This document shows positions 9,217 through 19,137 of a DNA stretch of 64,000 bases, piece by piece. The notes beneath the pieces were generated by a model. The model saw nothing but the letters and a program-made list of their open reading frames with translations, was not told the origin of the DNA and did no database searches. Both the position numbers and the translations under genes were made by a program. Within the stretch, counting starts at the first letter, position 1, and the number at the start of each line of letters is the position of its first letter. Source of the stretch: Thermotogota bacterium (GTDB lineage Bacteria > Thermotogota > Thermotogae > UBA12178); NCBI GenBank assembly GCA_021161835.1, contig JAGGZV010000057.1, positions 12,434 to 76,433 on the forward strand. The letters run 5' to 3'.

Positions 9217-10650
9217 ATGGAAGTATTGTATAGAAAGTACAGACCGCGTACTTTTTCGGAAGTGGTCGGACAGGATTCGGTGAGAAGATTGTTGCGAAGG
9301 GCCGTTTCACAAGGAAAAATTGCACATGCCTACATATTCGCGGGGCCACGGGGAACGGGTAAAACCACCATGGCCAGGATACTCGCCAAAGCTGTGAATT
9401 GTGATGATCCTGCTGGGGGAGAACCGTGCAACAAATGCGAAGCCTGTCAGCAGATCGACGCGGGTAGCTTCCTTGATGTACTGGAAATAGATGCGGCGAG
9501 CAACAGGGGCATAGACGAGATAAGAAAGATAAGGGATTACACTTCTTACATGCCTGTACACGGCAAAATGAAGGTTTATATAATTGATGAATTCCACATG
9601 CTCACCAAGGAAGCTTTCAATGCACTCTTGAAAACTCTGGAGGAACCCCCAGCGCACGTGTTGTTTGTATTGGCAACTACCAACCTCGAAAAGGTTCCTC
9701 CCACCATACTTTCAAGGTGCCAGATATTTCAGTTCAGGAATCTTACGGAAGATGAGATATATGAAAGGCTCAAACACATCTGCAGCAACGAGGGATTTCA
9801 ATCGCAAGAGTCTGCATTGAGGTTGATAGCCAAACGGTCGAAGGGAGGCATGAGGGATGCCATAGCCATGCTGGAGCAGGTTGCCACGTATACGGGTGGC
9901 GATATAACGGAAGCGGAAGTGCGGGATGTGTTGGGCCTGCTACCACAGGAAATGATCGAAAGATACGTGAGCGCGCTCAGAGAGGGAGACGCTGATGAGG
10001 TGGTACACATAGCCGAGGAAATATACAGAAGTGGCAAAGAATACGAAGTGTTCCTCGAAGATGCGATAGACTTGTTGCTTGAGGAGGCAAGGAAGGGGGA
10101 AAAAGAAGTGGCGGAACTTGCCAGCATATTGTGGAATCTCCACAGGGAGTTGAGATATGCTCCAGATAAAAGGACCATTTTTGAGATAAAATCGCTTGTC
10201 CTGGTGGCCAAAAGGGAAATTCCACATGATCATATGGAAAAGACCGAGGAAGAAAAAGGAAAGAAGAAGGAAGAAGTAGAAGAGAGGAAAAGAGAAGGAT
10301 CGGAGGTAAGCGCCAGGACTCTAAAAGTTCTGGAATATCTGAAGGATAGAGGAAACATGGCCGTGTATGTCGCATTGAGAATGTCGAAGATGGTGGAACA
10401 GGGGGATCGAGTCGTGGTGGAAGTGTCAACGCCTTTTCATTATGAATTGCTTTATCCATACCTCGATCAGCTCAAAGGGCTTTACAAGAATCTCGCGGGT
10501 AGCAAAGTGGAAATTGAACTCAAGAGTTTTTCAGAACCAGCAAGAAGCGAGAAAAACGATGTGCTTGAAAAGCTGGAGGAAAATGAGCGTGATATCGTGA
10601 AAAAGCTCATGAAACTCTTTCCTGATAGAATAAGGATCGAGCCAGATTGA
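9217..10650 (+). CDS. dnaX: DNA polymerase III subunit gamma/tau
   Basis: The protein reads YRKYRPRTFSEVVGQ...FAGPRGTGKTT...CNKCEACQ...IDEFHMLT. The start was taken at MEVLYRKYRP (9217). Confidence 0.9.
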   Translation: MEVLYRKYRPRTFSEVVGQDSVRRLLRRAVSQGKIAHAYIFAGPRGTGKTTMARILAKAVNCDDPAGGEPCNKCEACQQIDAGSFLDVLEIDAASNRGIDEIRKIRDYTSYMPVHGKMKVYIIDEFHMLTKEAFNALLKTLEEPPAHVLFVLATTNLEKVPPTILSRCQIFQFRNLTEDEIYERLKHICSNEGFQSQESALRLIAKRSKGGMRDAIAMLEQVATYTGGDITEAEVRDVLGLLPQEMIERYVSALREGDADEVVHIAEEIYRSGKEYEVFLEDAIDLLLEEARKGEKEVAELASILWNLHRELRYAPDKRTIFEIKSLVLVAKREIPHDHMEKTEEEKGKKKEEVEERKREGSEVSARTLKVLEYLKDRGNMAVYVALRMSKMVEQGDRVVVEVSTPFHYELLYPYLDQLKGLYKNLAGSKVEIELKSFSEPARSEKNDVLEKLEENERDIVKKLMKLFPDRIRIEPD

Positions 10651-10657
10651 AAGGAGG

Positions 10658-12065
<1,408 letters not shown>

Positions 12066-12071
12066 AGAGTG

Positions 12072-12103
12072 AAAAAAGGGATCCCGTTCGGGATCCCTTT
12101 TTT
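12072..12103. terminator. Bidirectional rho-independent terminator between the convergent gap and GH42-like genes
   Basis: The sequence AAAAAAGGGATCCC-GTTC-GGGATCCCTTTTTT forms a perfect 8-bp GC-rich stem flanked by an A-run and a T-run. Confidence 0.85.
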
Positions 12104-12126
12104 CAATTTTTATTATCCACACTTTA

Positions 12127-13116
12127 TTATTTGACTCTACCGTTCACTATATCCAGCACGATTTTCCAGACTTTACCGGGATCTTCGGATGCTATCGACG
12201 ACATATGACTGCAAGCGTCTATTCCCCAGAACAAGATGGTACTGACACCACACTCCTCCATTGTTTTCCAGGCTTTCAATATTTCATTTTCCCTGCCTTT
12301 AGGTATCCTGAAAGCCTGTATCCACATGTGATCGGTTTTACCATATTCTTTCGCAAGTTTCACAACTCTATCTGTTACCTCTTTCACAAAGGATTCCAGA
12401 GGTTTGTTGAAAACGATCCAATAAGGATCACTACCTATATCATCGATGGCTTCCAATTCGACGAACATTCTGTAGTTTTTTATGCCAAGTTGATCTGATT
12501 CTTCGGGCAGGAAGCAAAGTGAATTCCTGAGCCCTTTTTCGCTGGCGTAACTTGTGAGATCTTTGAAGAAATCCAGAATACTGGTGCTTCGAAACTCGGA
12601 AACATCATCGTTGTATTCCACCGGTATGTTGTAGTTGTACCGTTCATTAAAGATAATTTGGCACCTTTCGCATCTGCATGTCCACTCATGAGGAAAAGTG
12701 GTGCTCTGATACTCGTGGAAATGGGGTTCGTCCCAAAAAACCACATCTGCTCCTGCTTCTTTTACCGCGTCTATCCATTCTTTCATGAGATGCCTGAATT
12801 TCTCAGAGTTGAAGCAAACGCTTCCCTTGCGCTTGCCTCGATTACTCAATTGTGCTTCTTCCATGTTCATCTGCAGAAATCCTGAGTAAGCCTCTCCTCC
12901 GAATATACCACCCCATCCCCACGGATCTATCCATACTTCGAATCCCATATCTTTGCTCATCTCTACCAAATCCTTCATGGTTTTTCTGTAAAACTGGAAG
13001 TCATTTTCACTGTAGGTATGCAGTATTATTTCAAATCCTTGTGATTTCAATTCTTCGAGATCTTTTCGGGCATGTTTCAGCATGCGATTACCGAAGTAGC
13101 TTGTACCAAACCTCAT
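12127..13116 (-). CDS. Stand-alone (beta/alpha)8-barrel glycoside-hydrolase-like protein, GH42-like catalytic domain only
   Basis: The 329-aa ORF shows an alternating strand/helix pattern (EIILHTY, EVWIDPWGW, DVVFWDEPH, SLCFLPE, HMWIQAF, TILFWG). It has a WDEP acid/base-like motif and a Cys...CxCxxC cluster (SVCFNS...WTCRCERCQIIFNERY) like the GH42 Zn site. It is the last gene of the sugar ABC operon. Confidence 0.5.
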   Translation of the reverse strand: MRFGTSYFGNRMLKHARKDLEELKSQGFEIILHTYSENDFQFYRKTMKDLVEMSKDMGFEVWIDPWGWGGIFGGEAYSGFLQMNMEEAQLSNRGKRKGSVCFNSEKFRHLMKEWIDAVKEAGADVVFWDEPHFHEYQSTTFPHEWTCRCERCQIIFNERYNYNIPVEYNDDVSEFRSTSILDFFKDLTSYASEKGLRNSLCFLPEESDQLGIKNYRMFVELEAIDDIGSDPYWIVFNKPLESFVKEVTDRVVKLAKEYGKTDHMWIQAFRIPKGRENEILKAWKTMEECGVSTILFWGIDACSHMSSIASEDPGKVWKIVLDIVNGRVK

Positions 13117-13183
13117 GGGGAAAATTCCCTCCTTTCCCTGAAGAAGAGTTATTCGAGAAGAAGGTCAATGACACCGTGTATTT

Positions 13184-14023
13184 TCAGTACTTCAGCGCTC
13201 CTTCTGTTATACCCTTTATGATGTATCGCTGCATGAAGAGGAACAACAGGATCACCGGTATAACAGCTAGCACCATTCCGGCAACTGTGTATCTAAAATT
13301 GGTCTGAAAAGCACCCTGTAGATACACCAATGCAACGGCAAGGGGATACTTATCGGAACTCGAAAGTACTATCAGTGGCCAGAGGAACTGATCCCACCAT
13401 GTTAGAACCTGGAATATGGCAAGAGTTGCAATAGTTGGTGTGACGAGAGGTGTCATTATGCGCCACCAGATGTAGAATTCCCCCGCGCCATCGATTCGTG
13501 CTGCATCTTCCAGATCACGCGGAATACCGAGATATGCTTGTCTCATGAGAAATATTCCAAACAGGCTAACACTCTGGGGAATTATAACACCAGCGTATGT
13601 GTTCAAAAGGTGCAACTTCCTGAGCGTCAGGTAATTCACGATCAAGGTTCCCTGGACTGGTATCATCATGGGTATGAGTACCAGAAAGAGAGAAAGTCTT
13701 TTGCCATAGAAATCCAGCCTTGCCATAGGATAAGCTGCCATAAGTGCGAACAACACGTTGGCGAGAGTCCCAAAGCCAGCAATTATGAAGGAGTTTTTGT
13801 AGTATGTTCCAAGTTTCAGCATTTTCCAGACGCCGACGTAATTTTCAAAGGTGAGGGGCCATGGAACCAATGAAGGAGGATACTTGAAAATGTTTGTACT
13901 GGTCTCCAGCGAAGTTTTCGCCATCCAGTAGAACGGCCCCGCCGTGAGGAACATGAAGAAAATCAATACCGCATATATAACTATCTTGGTGGTAACATCG
14001 TTTATTCTCTTGCTCTTACTCAT
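13184..14023 (-). CDS. Carbohydrate ABC transporter permease (MalG-like)
   Basis: The 279-aa ORF has 6 TM segments and the EAA loop motif DLEDAARIDGAGEFYIWWRIMTPL. Confidence 0.9.
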   Translation of the reverse strand: MSKSKRINDVTTKIVIYAVLIFFMFLTAGPFYWMAKTSLETSTNIFKYPPSLVPWPLTFENYVGVWKMLKLGTYYKNSFIIAGFGTLANVLFALMAAYPMARLDFYGKRLSLFLVLIPMMIPVQGTLIVNYLTLRKLHLLNTYAGVIIPQSVSLFGIFLMRQAYLGIPRDLEDAARIDGAGEFYIWWRIMTPLVTPTIATLAIFQVLTWWDQFLWPLIVLSSSDKYPLAVALVYLQGAFQTNFRYTVAGMVLAVIPVILLFLFMQRYIIKGITEGALKY

Positions 14024-14915
14024 AGTAGCTCCTCACCCCTCCCTCTCTAAACAGTCGAAAGTTCAGCAATGTGAAGGCGAAGACCACGATACTGAAGAGT
14101 GTTGCAGCAGCACTGGAGTAGCCGAATTTCAGATATCTGAATGCCCATCTGTAAACGAGCATCGGCATAGTTTCAGTTGCGTAGTTGGGACCTCCGCGTG
14201 TCATGGCGTATATCTCGGTGAACACGTTTAACGCCGCTATTGCTGACATGGTAGAACAAAAGAAGATGTAAGGTTTCAGCAGTGGCAGAGTAACGTGGAA
14301 GAAGACCTGCCATCTTTTTGCGCCATCGATCCTTGCTGCGTCGAGATAGTCCTGTGAGATGTTCTGCAATCCCGCCAGATAGATCATCATGTAATATCCC
14401 AATCCTTTCCACATCGTAACGAACATGATCATGAACAACGCGATTTTTGGATTTGACAGATATCCTACAGGGTCGTCTATGAGTTTCAGGGAAAACAGCA
14501 TGTAATCCAGTATACCTCTTTCCCTGAAGATCCATCGCCATGTGAGTGCAACGATGGTCATGGGTGTGACAACGGGGATGAAAAGCATCAATCTGAAGAA
14601 ACTCCTGGCTTTTATGTCTGCGTTCACCATTACAGCAAGTAGTATGGACAAGAACTGGAGTACAGGCACCACCGCAAGATAAAGTATGCTGTTTTTCATG
14701 GCATTCCAGAAGTATTTGTCGTGCATCAAACTGGAGAAGTTCTTCAACCCCACGAACTCTTTGGTGGATATGATGTCGTATTTGTACAGCGATAGATTGA
14801 CTCCAAACCCTATCGGATAGTATATGAAAACGATCATTATCAGCAAAGGTATTGCCAGGAACGTGTAGGCCAGCAGCGTTTGTCTCATCTTCAATCTCCG
14901 ATGATAATTCACCAT
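14016..14915 (-). CDS. Carbohydrate ABC transporter permease (MalF-like)
   Basis: The 299-aa ORF has the EAA loop motif YLDAARIDGAKRWQVFFHVTLPLL. It overlaps the next permease gene by 8 nt. Confidence 0.9.
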   Translation of the reverse strand: MVNYHRRLKMRQTLLAYTFLAIPLLIMIVFIYYPIGFGVNLSLYKYDIISTKEFVGLKNFSSLMHDKYFWNAMKNSILYLAVVPVLQFLSILLAVMVNADIKARSFFRLMLFIPVVTPMTIVALTWRWIFRERGILDYMLFSLKLIDDPVGYLSNPKIALFMIMFVTMWKGLGYYMMIYLAGLQNISQDYLDAARIDGAKRWQVFFHVTLPLLKPYIFFCSTMSAIAALNVFTEIYAMTRGGPNYATETMPMLVYRWAFRYLKFGYSSAAATLFSIVVFAFTLLNFRLFREGGVRSYYE

Positions 14916-14945
14916 CCATCCTCACCTCATGTTCTTAAGGATGTG

Positions 14946-14973
14946 TTAAAAAGGGGGAGGCGCTCCCTCCCCC
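14946..14973 (-). terminator. Intra-operon terminator/attenuator hairpin after the solute-binding-protein gene
   Basis: On the minus strand the sequence reads GGGGGAGG-GAGCG-CCTCCCCC followed by TTTTTAA. This is the usual arrangement that over-expresses the binding protein relative to the permeases. Confidence 0.6.
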
Positions 14974-15012
14974 CTTATTCTACCCCGTTTCCGACATGAC
15001 ATGCTCCCGTTT

Positions 15013-16254
15013 TTATTCTCCCTCTGCCAGTTTCTCGTTCCAGTACTGTGCACATTCTTTCAGGGCTTCGTAAGGTTCCTTCTCGCCAAGGAACACGGAA
15101 ATGAGTGTTTCCCTGAGTTTGTCGAAGAGTTCCTGCTTGTGCGGTATGTCGTACTTGAAGACCGTTGCTGCTTTCAGGGATTTAACGGCGGTCAATCTGA
15201 TCTTGGTTTCGAACGTACCGTCATCCTTGCTGAAGAATGGATGATCGAGCACAGCTTTCCTGGTGGGGAATATACCCGCAAGTTGACAGAACTTGAGTTC
15301 ATTCACTTCGTTGGAAACGAAAGCGGCGAATTCTGCAGCTTCTTTCGGATGTTTGCTACCCTTAACGATGTTCAAGGTAGCGTACCACAGACCAAGCAGC
15401 TGGGACCTTCCGAGCAACGCTGGAGCAACGTCAGACTTCTTGTAGATGTCGGGAGCATTGTCCTTGACTCTGAAGACGAAGTTGGGTCCTTCGAGCAAGA
15501 TTGCGAGCTCGCCAGACTGATAGAGTTCCGTTGCTTTCAGCCATTCTCCTCCTTCGACCATTTCTTTGGGCAGGTAACCCATCTTGTACATCATAGCCCA
15601 TTTGTTGAGAACCTGTGCGTGTTCCCATGTGTCGAATACGGCTTTCTTTCTGTCTTTCGTCAACACCGGAAGTCCTGCCATTTCAAACATGGCGGTTGGT
15701 GTCTGGAAGAGCTGTGGCAGTATACCGTACTTTCCTGTTTTCTGCTTTATGATTATGGAGTAAGCAAGCGCTTCATCCCATGTCCTGGGCGGGTACTTGG
15801 GATCGAGACCAGCCGCTTCGAGTATCTCTTTGTTGTAGAACGAAACCATAGCGGCCGAGTACCAGGGTAGACCGTAGATCTTGCCTCCGGAACTTATACC
15901 GTTCAACATGGCGGGGAAGTATTTAGCAAGGACTTCTCTGGGTAGAAGTTCATCAACGGGCAAGAGTACACCCTTTTGTGCCATATCGAGTGTCCATACC
16001 ATCTGAAGGTTCACGACATCCGGTGGATTTCCGGCGGCAACGGATGCCAGCAACTTCTGGATCAGGACGCTCCAATCGACATCTTCCCAGACTATTTCCA
16101 CATCTGGGTGGGTTTTCTGATAGGCGTCGATGATACCCTGCACGTAATCGGTGAATCTCGGTTTGAGGTTCATGGTCCAGAACGTAAGTTTGATTTTGGC
16201 AAACACGGAAGCAGCAAGTAAAGCAATCAACAGAATAACAAGAACCTTTCTCAT
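15013..16254 (-). CDS. Sugar ABC transporter extracellular solute-binding protein
   Basis: The ORF has the signal peptide MRKVLVILLIALLAASVFA and the family-1 SBP length and composition. It lies directly upstream of the two permease genes. Confidence 0.9.
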   Translation of the reverse strand: MRKVLVILLIALLAASVFAKIKLTFWTMNLKPRFTDYVQGIIDAYQKTHPDVEIVWEDVDWSVLIQKLLASVAAGNPPDVVNLQMVWTLDMAQKGVLLPVDELLPREVLAKYFPAMLNGISSGGKIYGLPWYSAAMVSFYNKEILEAAGLDPKYPPRTWDEALAYSIIIKQKTGKYGILPQLFQTPTAMFEMAGLPVLTKDRKKAVFDTWEHAQVLNKWAMMYKMGYLPKEMVEGGEWLKATELYQSGELAILLEGPNFVFRVKDNAPDIYKKSDVAPALLGRSQLLGLWYATLNIVKGSKHPKEAAEFAAFVSNEVNELKFCQLAGIFPTRKAVLDHPFFSKDDGTFETKIRLTAVKSLKAATVFKYDIPHKQELFDKLRETLISVFLGEKEPYEALKECAQYWNEKLAEGE

Positions 16255-16307
16255 AAGAACCGCACCTCCCACTGTGTTATTTTATCCACTCCCACAGAGG
16301 GAGTGGA

Positions 16308-17387
16308 TTATCCTATACTGAAGACTTTTTTGGAAAACTCGAAATCCTTCATGAATCTTGTCAAAAAGGCTCTCACACTTCCCAATGCCATGGTTTTCAA
16401 ACCATCATGGTCGTAACGTAACTCCAGTTTCTTCGAATCGGCCATGAAGATCTTGCTCTTTATGGAATCCATTAAATCGTTCAAAAGCGAATCGGGAAAC
16501 AGATTCACATCGCCACCTATTATTGCTACAGAAGGATCCAGCACATTCACTATGGTTGCTATCACATCGGAAGCTTTCTTAACGAATCCTGAATAATCAA
16601 CGTCAGAAGGAGGTGATTTTTCAAATTCCGGGAGTGTCATCTTCTTTTTCATCAACGCAACCTTCAGCGGTGTTTCACCGGAAAGCAGGTTGGATCCTCT
16701 GTATATTTCGCCGTCTATTGCTATTCCAACACCCAATCCGACATAGTTCGAAAGAACAAATGGCAGGGATAATAAGAAATATAATACATTCATTCCGTAG
16801 AACATGGGTCTCGAAAAACATCTTGCAACTGCTGCATTACTGTCGTTTTCTATATAGCATTTTTTTCTGAATCTTCGTTCGAGGACTTCTTCCAGTGGAA
16901 AATCTCTCAATCCCAGACTCTCAGATAGGATTATCACTCCTGCTTCATTGTCCACAACTCCCGGAACACCTAGAGCTATTCCCAGAATGTTGTTGTTCAT
17001 CTCCATGAAATCTTCAACCACTTCGCTTATTACATCTACTATATTTTCCGCGTCTATGTTTATCATCTTGCTGGTACTCGCCACCGATTTTCCTGCAAAA
17101 TTGGTTAGTACTCCAAAGATCTCACCCTGTTCTATCCCTATTCCTATGAAATACTTCCAGCTGTCGTTTATCGAAAATACGTCCGCTTTCCTTCCACCAC
17201 TTGGACCCGGATCAATTTCCGCAACTTTCTCAACGATTCCTTCTTTCAAGAGAGGACTGAGATTTCTCGATACTGTAGATTTGTCCACTTCCAGTATCGC
17301 GGATATTTCGGATTGTGTTGTTCTACTTTTAACCCATATAGTATGCAAAATTTTTTGTTGAGTAGGAGTACGGAATGGCAAAGACAT
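16308..17387 (-). CDS. ROK-family transcriptional regulator (N-terminal wHTH plus ROK domain)
   Basis: The protein reads QQKILHTIWVKSRTTQSEISAILEVDKSTVSRNLSPLLKEGIV (wHTH) followed by a ROK sugar-kinase-like body. The start is ATG 17387, downstream of GGGAGG. Confidence 0.85.
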   Translation of the reverse strand: MSLPFRTPTQQKILHTIWVKSRTTQSEISAILEVDKSTVSRNLSPLLKEGIVEKVAEIDPGPSGGRKADVFSINDSWKYFIGIGIEQGEIFGVLTNFAGKSVASTSKMINIDAENIVDVISEVVEDFMEMNNNILGIALGVPGVVDNEAGVIILSESLGLRDFPLEEVLERRFRKKCYIENDSNAAVARCFSRPMFYGMNVLYFLLSLPFVLSNYVGLGVGIAIDGEIYRGSNLLSGETPLKVALMKKKMTLPEFEKSPPSDVDYSGFVKKASDVIATIVNVLDPSVAIIGGDVNLFPDSLLNDLMDSIKSKIFMADSKKLELRYDHDGLKTMALGSVRAFLTRFMKDFEFSKKVFSIG

Positions 17388-17401
17388 CGAACCTCCCAAT
17401 T

Positions 17402-17455
17402 TTAGTTGTGTGCATCATGCAACTAAATAATACCAAACAATTCATCGATTGTCAA
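17402..17455 (-). promoter_or_regulatory. Sigma-70 promoter (TTGACA-17-TATTAT) plus palindromic operator TTAGTTG-N11-CAACTAA for the ROK/sugar operon
   Basis: On the minus strand, TTGACA is at 17455-17450, the spacer is 17 nt and TATTAT is at 17432-17427. These are followed immediately by the inverted repeat at 17426-17402 and then the RBS. Confidence 0.65.
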
Positions 17456-17502
17456 GTACCCAACATTGAGGTTGGCTGAAATGGGTATAAACAAATGATT
17501 CT

Positions 17503-18531
17503 TTACATTATGGATTTTATATCTATTTTCCAGCCCGTGAGTTTGGCAGCAAGTCTCGCATTTTGCCCGCCTTTACCTATGGCGACGGACAGTTCCGATG
17601 GAGCAACAAGGACTCTGGCTGTTTTTGTCCTGTCGTCTATTATTCGTACATCTGCAACTTTGGCGGGTGCCAGAGCATTGGCGATCAATTCCGCCGGATC
17701 ATCTGACCATTTTATTATGTCAACTTTTTCAGGCTTTATCTCTTTGAGAACGGAATTTATCCTGCTCCCACCTTCGCCTATACAGGCTCCAACTGGATCA
17801 ACATTTGGATCGTGTGAAAGCACGGCTACTTTTGAGCGCAATCCGGATTCCCTAACTACCTTCTTTACTTCCACCACACCCTGTTCTATTTCTGGGACTT
17901 CCAGTTTCATAAGGCCAACGAGAAATTCCGGGATCGATCTGCTAATGGCTATCCTGGGGGTTTTTCCTATCTTTTCGACTTTTACAATGTAGACTTTTAT
18001 CAACGTACCCGGTTTCAACTCTTCGCCGCGTATCCAGTCGCGTCTGTGCATGGCAGTTTCGATCTTACCGATTCTCACATATGCCAATCTATCTGTTACT
18101 CTCATAACTTCAGCCGTTGTGACGGATCCCACCATTTCTGAATACTTCTTGAATATGTTCTCTTTCTCGAAAGTTCTTATCTTCTGTATCAACACCTGGC
18201 GGGCTGTTTGAACGGCTATTCGACGGAAATCTTTCAGATTCAGGGGTTTCTTGATTGTGGCACCTACTTCGGCCTTGGAATCTATTTTCAAAGCTTCTTC
18301 CAGAGAAATCTCGAAATTGGGGTCCTTGGGTTCTTCACAAACCGTGAGAAGTTGATATATTCTCACATCCCCTGTCATTCTGTCTATTTCCACTTCCACG
18401 TTACGTACACCACCAAAATTGCTCTTGTACGCCGTTTTAAGAGCTTGTTCCAGTGCTACTATCACATCTTCCTTGGGTATACCCTTCTCTTCTTCAAGTT
18501 GTTCAATCGCTTCTATAAGATTGAGATTCAT
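17503..18531 (-). CDS. nusA: Transcription termination/antitermination factor NusA
   Basis: The protein reads MNLNLIEAIEQLEEEKGI... and contains S1 and KH domains (ACIGEGGSRINSV, AIGKGGQNARLAAKLTGWKIDI). The start is at the ATG 8 nt after AGGGGGT. Confidence 0.95.
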   Translation of the reverse strand: MNLNLIEAIEQLEEEKGIPKEDVIVALEQALKTAYKSNFGGVRNVEVEIDRMTGDVRIYQLLTVCEEPKDPNFEISLEEALKIDSKAEVGATIKKPLNLKDFRRIAVQTARQVLIQKIRTFEKENIFKKYSEMVGSVTTAEVMRVTDRLAYVRIGKIETAMHRRDWIRGEELKPGTLIKVYIVKVEKIGKTPRIAISRSIPEFLVGLMKLEVPEIEQGVVEVKKVVRESGLRSKVAVLSHDPNVDPVGACIGEGGSRINSVLKEIKPEKVDIIKWSDDPAELIANALAPAKVADVRIIDDRTKTARVLVAPSELSVAIGKGGQNARLAAKLTGWKIDIKSIM

Positions 18532-18551
18532 GGAATCAAACCCCCTTTCGG

Positions 18552-19031
18552 TCAAAATTCAATTTCCAGGTTTGCTTTTTTAACGTTGAGGAGTGGTATC
18601 TTCAGGATTCTGCCGCTTCCTTTTTCTTTAACGGTAATTTCTTCATGGGATTCGTCCACATCTTCTATCCATCCAACAACGGTTTTTTTCTTTTCCAGAA
18701 GTTCCTTGAGAACGAACTTTGCCAGTTTTCCTTTGAAACGCAGGTAATCTTTCATATTTCTCAAAGGTCTATCGAGCCCCGGTGACGAAACTTCCAGCAC
18801 ATAGGATTGTGGTATGAAATCTTCCGCATCCAGGATCTTTTCCATTTCCCTTGATACCGCTTCGCAGTCTTTTATGCCAACATAGCCTTCCATTTTGTCT
18901 ATGGTCACTTTCATTATCCATCTTCTTCCTTCTTTTCGAAATTGGAAATCGAACAATTCGTAATTTAAAGCACTGGTCACTTCTTCGGCGATCTCACGAG
19001 CTCTCGATATTATAGGGTCCTCCAAGATCAT
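18552..19031 (-). CDS. rimP: Ribosome maturation factor RimP
   Basis: The 159-aa ORF contains LEVSSPGLDRPL and occupies the conserved position upstream of nusA. Confidence 0.85.
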   Translation of the reverse strand: MILEDPIISRAREIAEEVTSALNYELFDFQFRKEGRRWIMKVTIDKMEGYVGIKDCEAVSREMEKILDAEDFIPQSYVLEVSSPGLDRPLRNMKDYLRFKGKLAKFVLKELLEKKKTVVGWIEDVDESHEEITVKEKGSGRILKIPLLNVKKANLEIEF

Positions 19032-19048
19032 CAGCTCCCTTCCATTTT

Positions 19049-19079
19049 CAAAACAAATCGAGGGCGTTATGCCCTCGAT
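19049..19079 (-). terminator. Rho-independent hairpin between rpsB and rimP (rpsB terminator and/or rimP-nusA leader attenuator)
   Basis: On the minus strand the sequence is ATCGAGGGC-ATAAC-GCCCTCGAT followed by TTGTTTTG. It lies downstream of an extended -10-like TGaTATAAT at 19106-19098. Confidence 0.55.
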
Positions 19080-19137
19080 CCATTTCTTCTCGTTAGAATT
19101 ATATCACAAGATGGGTTGAATTTTGTAAACCTCGATA

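Noticed and set aside
10235-10300. A possible dnaX tau/gamma programmed frameshift or slippage site in the Lys/Glu-rich GAAGAAAAAGGAAAGAAGAAGG region
   Set aside because: There is no X-XXY-YYZ heptamer in the zero frame, no long A-run, and no downstream hairpin. The A-rich stretch simply encodes EEKGKKKEE.
14173-14925. A 250-aa minus-strand ORF overlapping the MalF-like permease in another frame
   Set aside because: The permease frame has the EAA loop and TM pattern. The alternative frame is Arg/His-rich and has no features.
15001-15870. A 289-aa ORF on the plus strand, opposite the solute-binding-protein gene
   Set aside because: It lies entirely antisense to a well-supported SBP gene, has biased Cys/Phe/Val-rich composition, no SD and no recognisable domain. 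It is a shadow ORF.
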